Below are positions 62,945 through 64,000 of a stretch of DNA of 64,000 bases, piece by piece; position 1 is the first letter of the stretch, and the number at the start of each line of letters is the position of its first letter. The stretch lies in contig NC_091289.1 of NCBI RefSeq assembly GCF_032444005.1, positions 53,692,001 through 53,756,000 of the forward strand, in the 5' to 3' direction. A program made the position numbers and the translations under genes. The stretch comes from Ranitomeya imitator. Its lineage: Eukaryota. The notes under the pieces were generated by a model. The model did not search any database and had not been told where the DNA came from. It saw only the letters and a list, made by a program, of their open reading frames with translations.

Positions 62945-63503
62945 TTAAATTAAAATAATATAACTCACCCGTTAAATCCCCCCACAGAGATCTAGTAGTC
63001 TCAGATAATCTTGGCTGCCTTGCTTATGAGGGTGGTTTCTTTTAGCAGTGCAGGGGTTAATATCTTTTTCTCTTGATGGCTGCTGGAGCCTTCCAGCTTT
63101 GATGGTGTGAGCTGTTCAGTATTGGACACTCTCCTCTCCTATATATACTTGACTCTGGCAATCAGAATTGCCAGGGTTAGGTTGAGTCTGCCCTGGTTCA
63201 GGAGTGTGGAGGAGTTTGTTGCTGGAGGAGGCGTTTGGAGTGTTTTTTTGTATACTAATCTTCATCCTCTCCCATTTGTTTTCTGTTCCTTTCTTCACTC
63301 CCTGAGGTTCCGCTCTGTTGTTAGTGAGTGCATATTTGGCTACAACTGTCCTTGATCAACTGCAGCCAATCAGCAGCTGCAGTAGTGGACAACCCCTTTA
63401 AGATCAGTATTTTAATGGCAAAATATGCCAAAGCAATTGACAAAAAGTATAAGCAATTGATATAAGAAAGTAATTGAAATGATATATTTCTCTTTTCTTA
63501 CAG

Positions 63504-64000
63504 ATATTGAACTTCAATTGCAAATCCTTTGCTGTCGACGCAACGACCTTTCTACCAGCAAACCAAACTGAAGGACAATTCATAAATACATCTCCATCAG
63601 TGGTGACTGGCAATAAAGAACTTACCAAAACCACAATTACACCAACATCTACTACATGGATTAACATAATAGAGGAAGATCCATGTTTTGCTGATGACAT
63701 AGCAAACATCTTAGTGAAACCAGCAGGGGAGGATTCTCTTGATGTCTCATGGTCTAGCTTCAGAGACTACAGATACTTCCAGATAGATTACTCATCTGTT
63801 GACCACCGGGATACACTGTACATCTCAGGGAAACAAACTCAAGCGCAACTTTTCCATCTGTTTCCTGGTACAACCTACTCAGTCTGCATTATCCCTCACA
63901 ATAAGGACATTACGACTTGTGAAACCCCAAAATCCAAGCAATGTGCAAGTGGGGAAACCAGTGCACCGTCGGAGACCGCGTATCATAGCCATTCTCAACC
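63504..64000 (+). CDS. LRR-FN3 gene, coding exon 3 (runs off the window): last LRRCT Cys, Thr-rich stalk, FN3 domain
   Basis: TTTTCTTACAG acceptor ends at 63503. The open frame ILNFNCK...TKTTITPTSTT...EDPCF...NILVKPAGEDSLDVSW...LFPGTTYSVCIIP...C...C supplies the fourth LRRCT cysteine. Absent from the ORF track because there is no stop in the window. Confidence 0.9.
   Translation, partial: MLNFNCKSFAVDATTFLPANQTEGQFINTSPSVVTGNKELTKTTITPTSTTWINIIEEDPCFADDIANILVKPAGEDSLDVSWSSFRDYRYFQIDYSSVDHRDTLYISGKQTQAQLFHLFPGTTYSVCIIPHNKDITTCETPKSKQCASGETSAPSETAYHSHSQ

Overview
This is eukaryotic, transposon-dense vertebrate DNA, most likely from a frog (inferred from the repeat families; not verifiable here). 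No prokaryotic genes, rRNA/tRNA genes or CRISPR arrays were found. One host gene is supported: a spliced + strand gene (coding exons 45963-46392, 50071-50672, 63504->window end). It encodes a signal peptide, a chondroadherin-like 10-LRR ectodomain, a Thr-rich stalk and a TRIL-like FN3 domain. The rest is mobile DNA: (1) an apparently intact two-gene PIF/Harbinger transposon (3706-10573); (2) two Ty3/Gypsy chromoviruses with self-priming signatures, one a three-LTR tandem (11751-18420) and one nested inside two solo LTRs (23081-32764); (3) five Tc1 elements, one with an intact DD34E ORF; (4) three non-autonomous Helitrons carrying minisatellites; (5) CR1, L1, L2 and V-SINE fragments, hAT, T2 and Harbinger MITEs; (6) an inverted ~424-bp satellite; (7) four Penelope-type minimal hammerhead-ribozyme motifs, one with a variant CCGUUGA core. 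Most ORFs in the supplied track are artefacts of minisatellites or antisense TE sequence.
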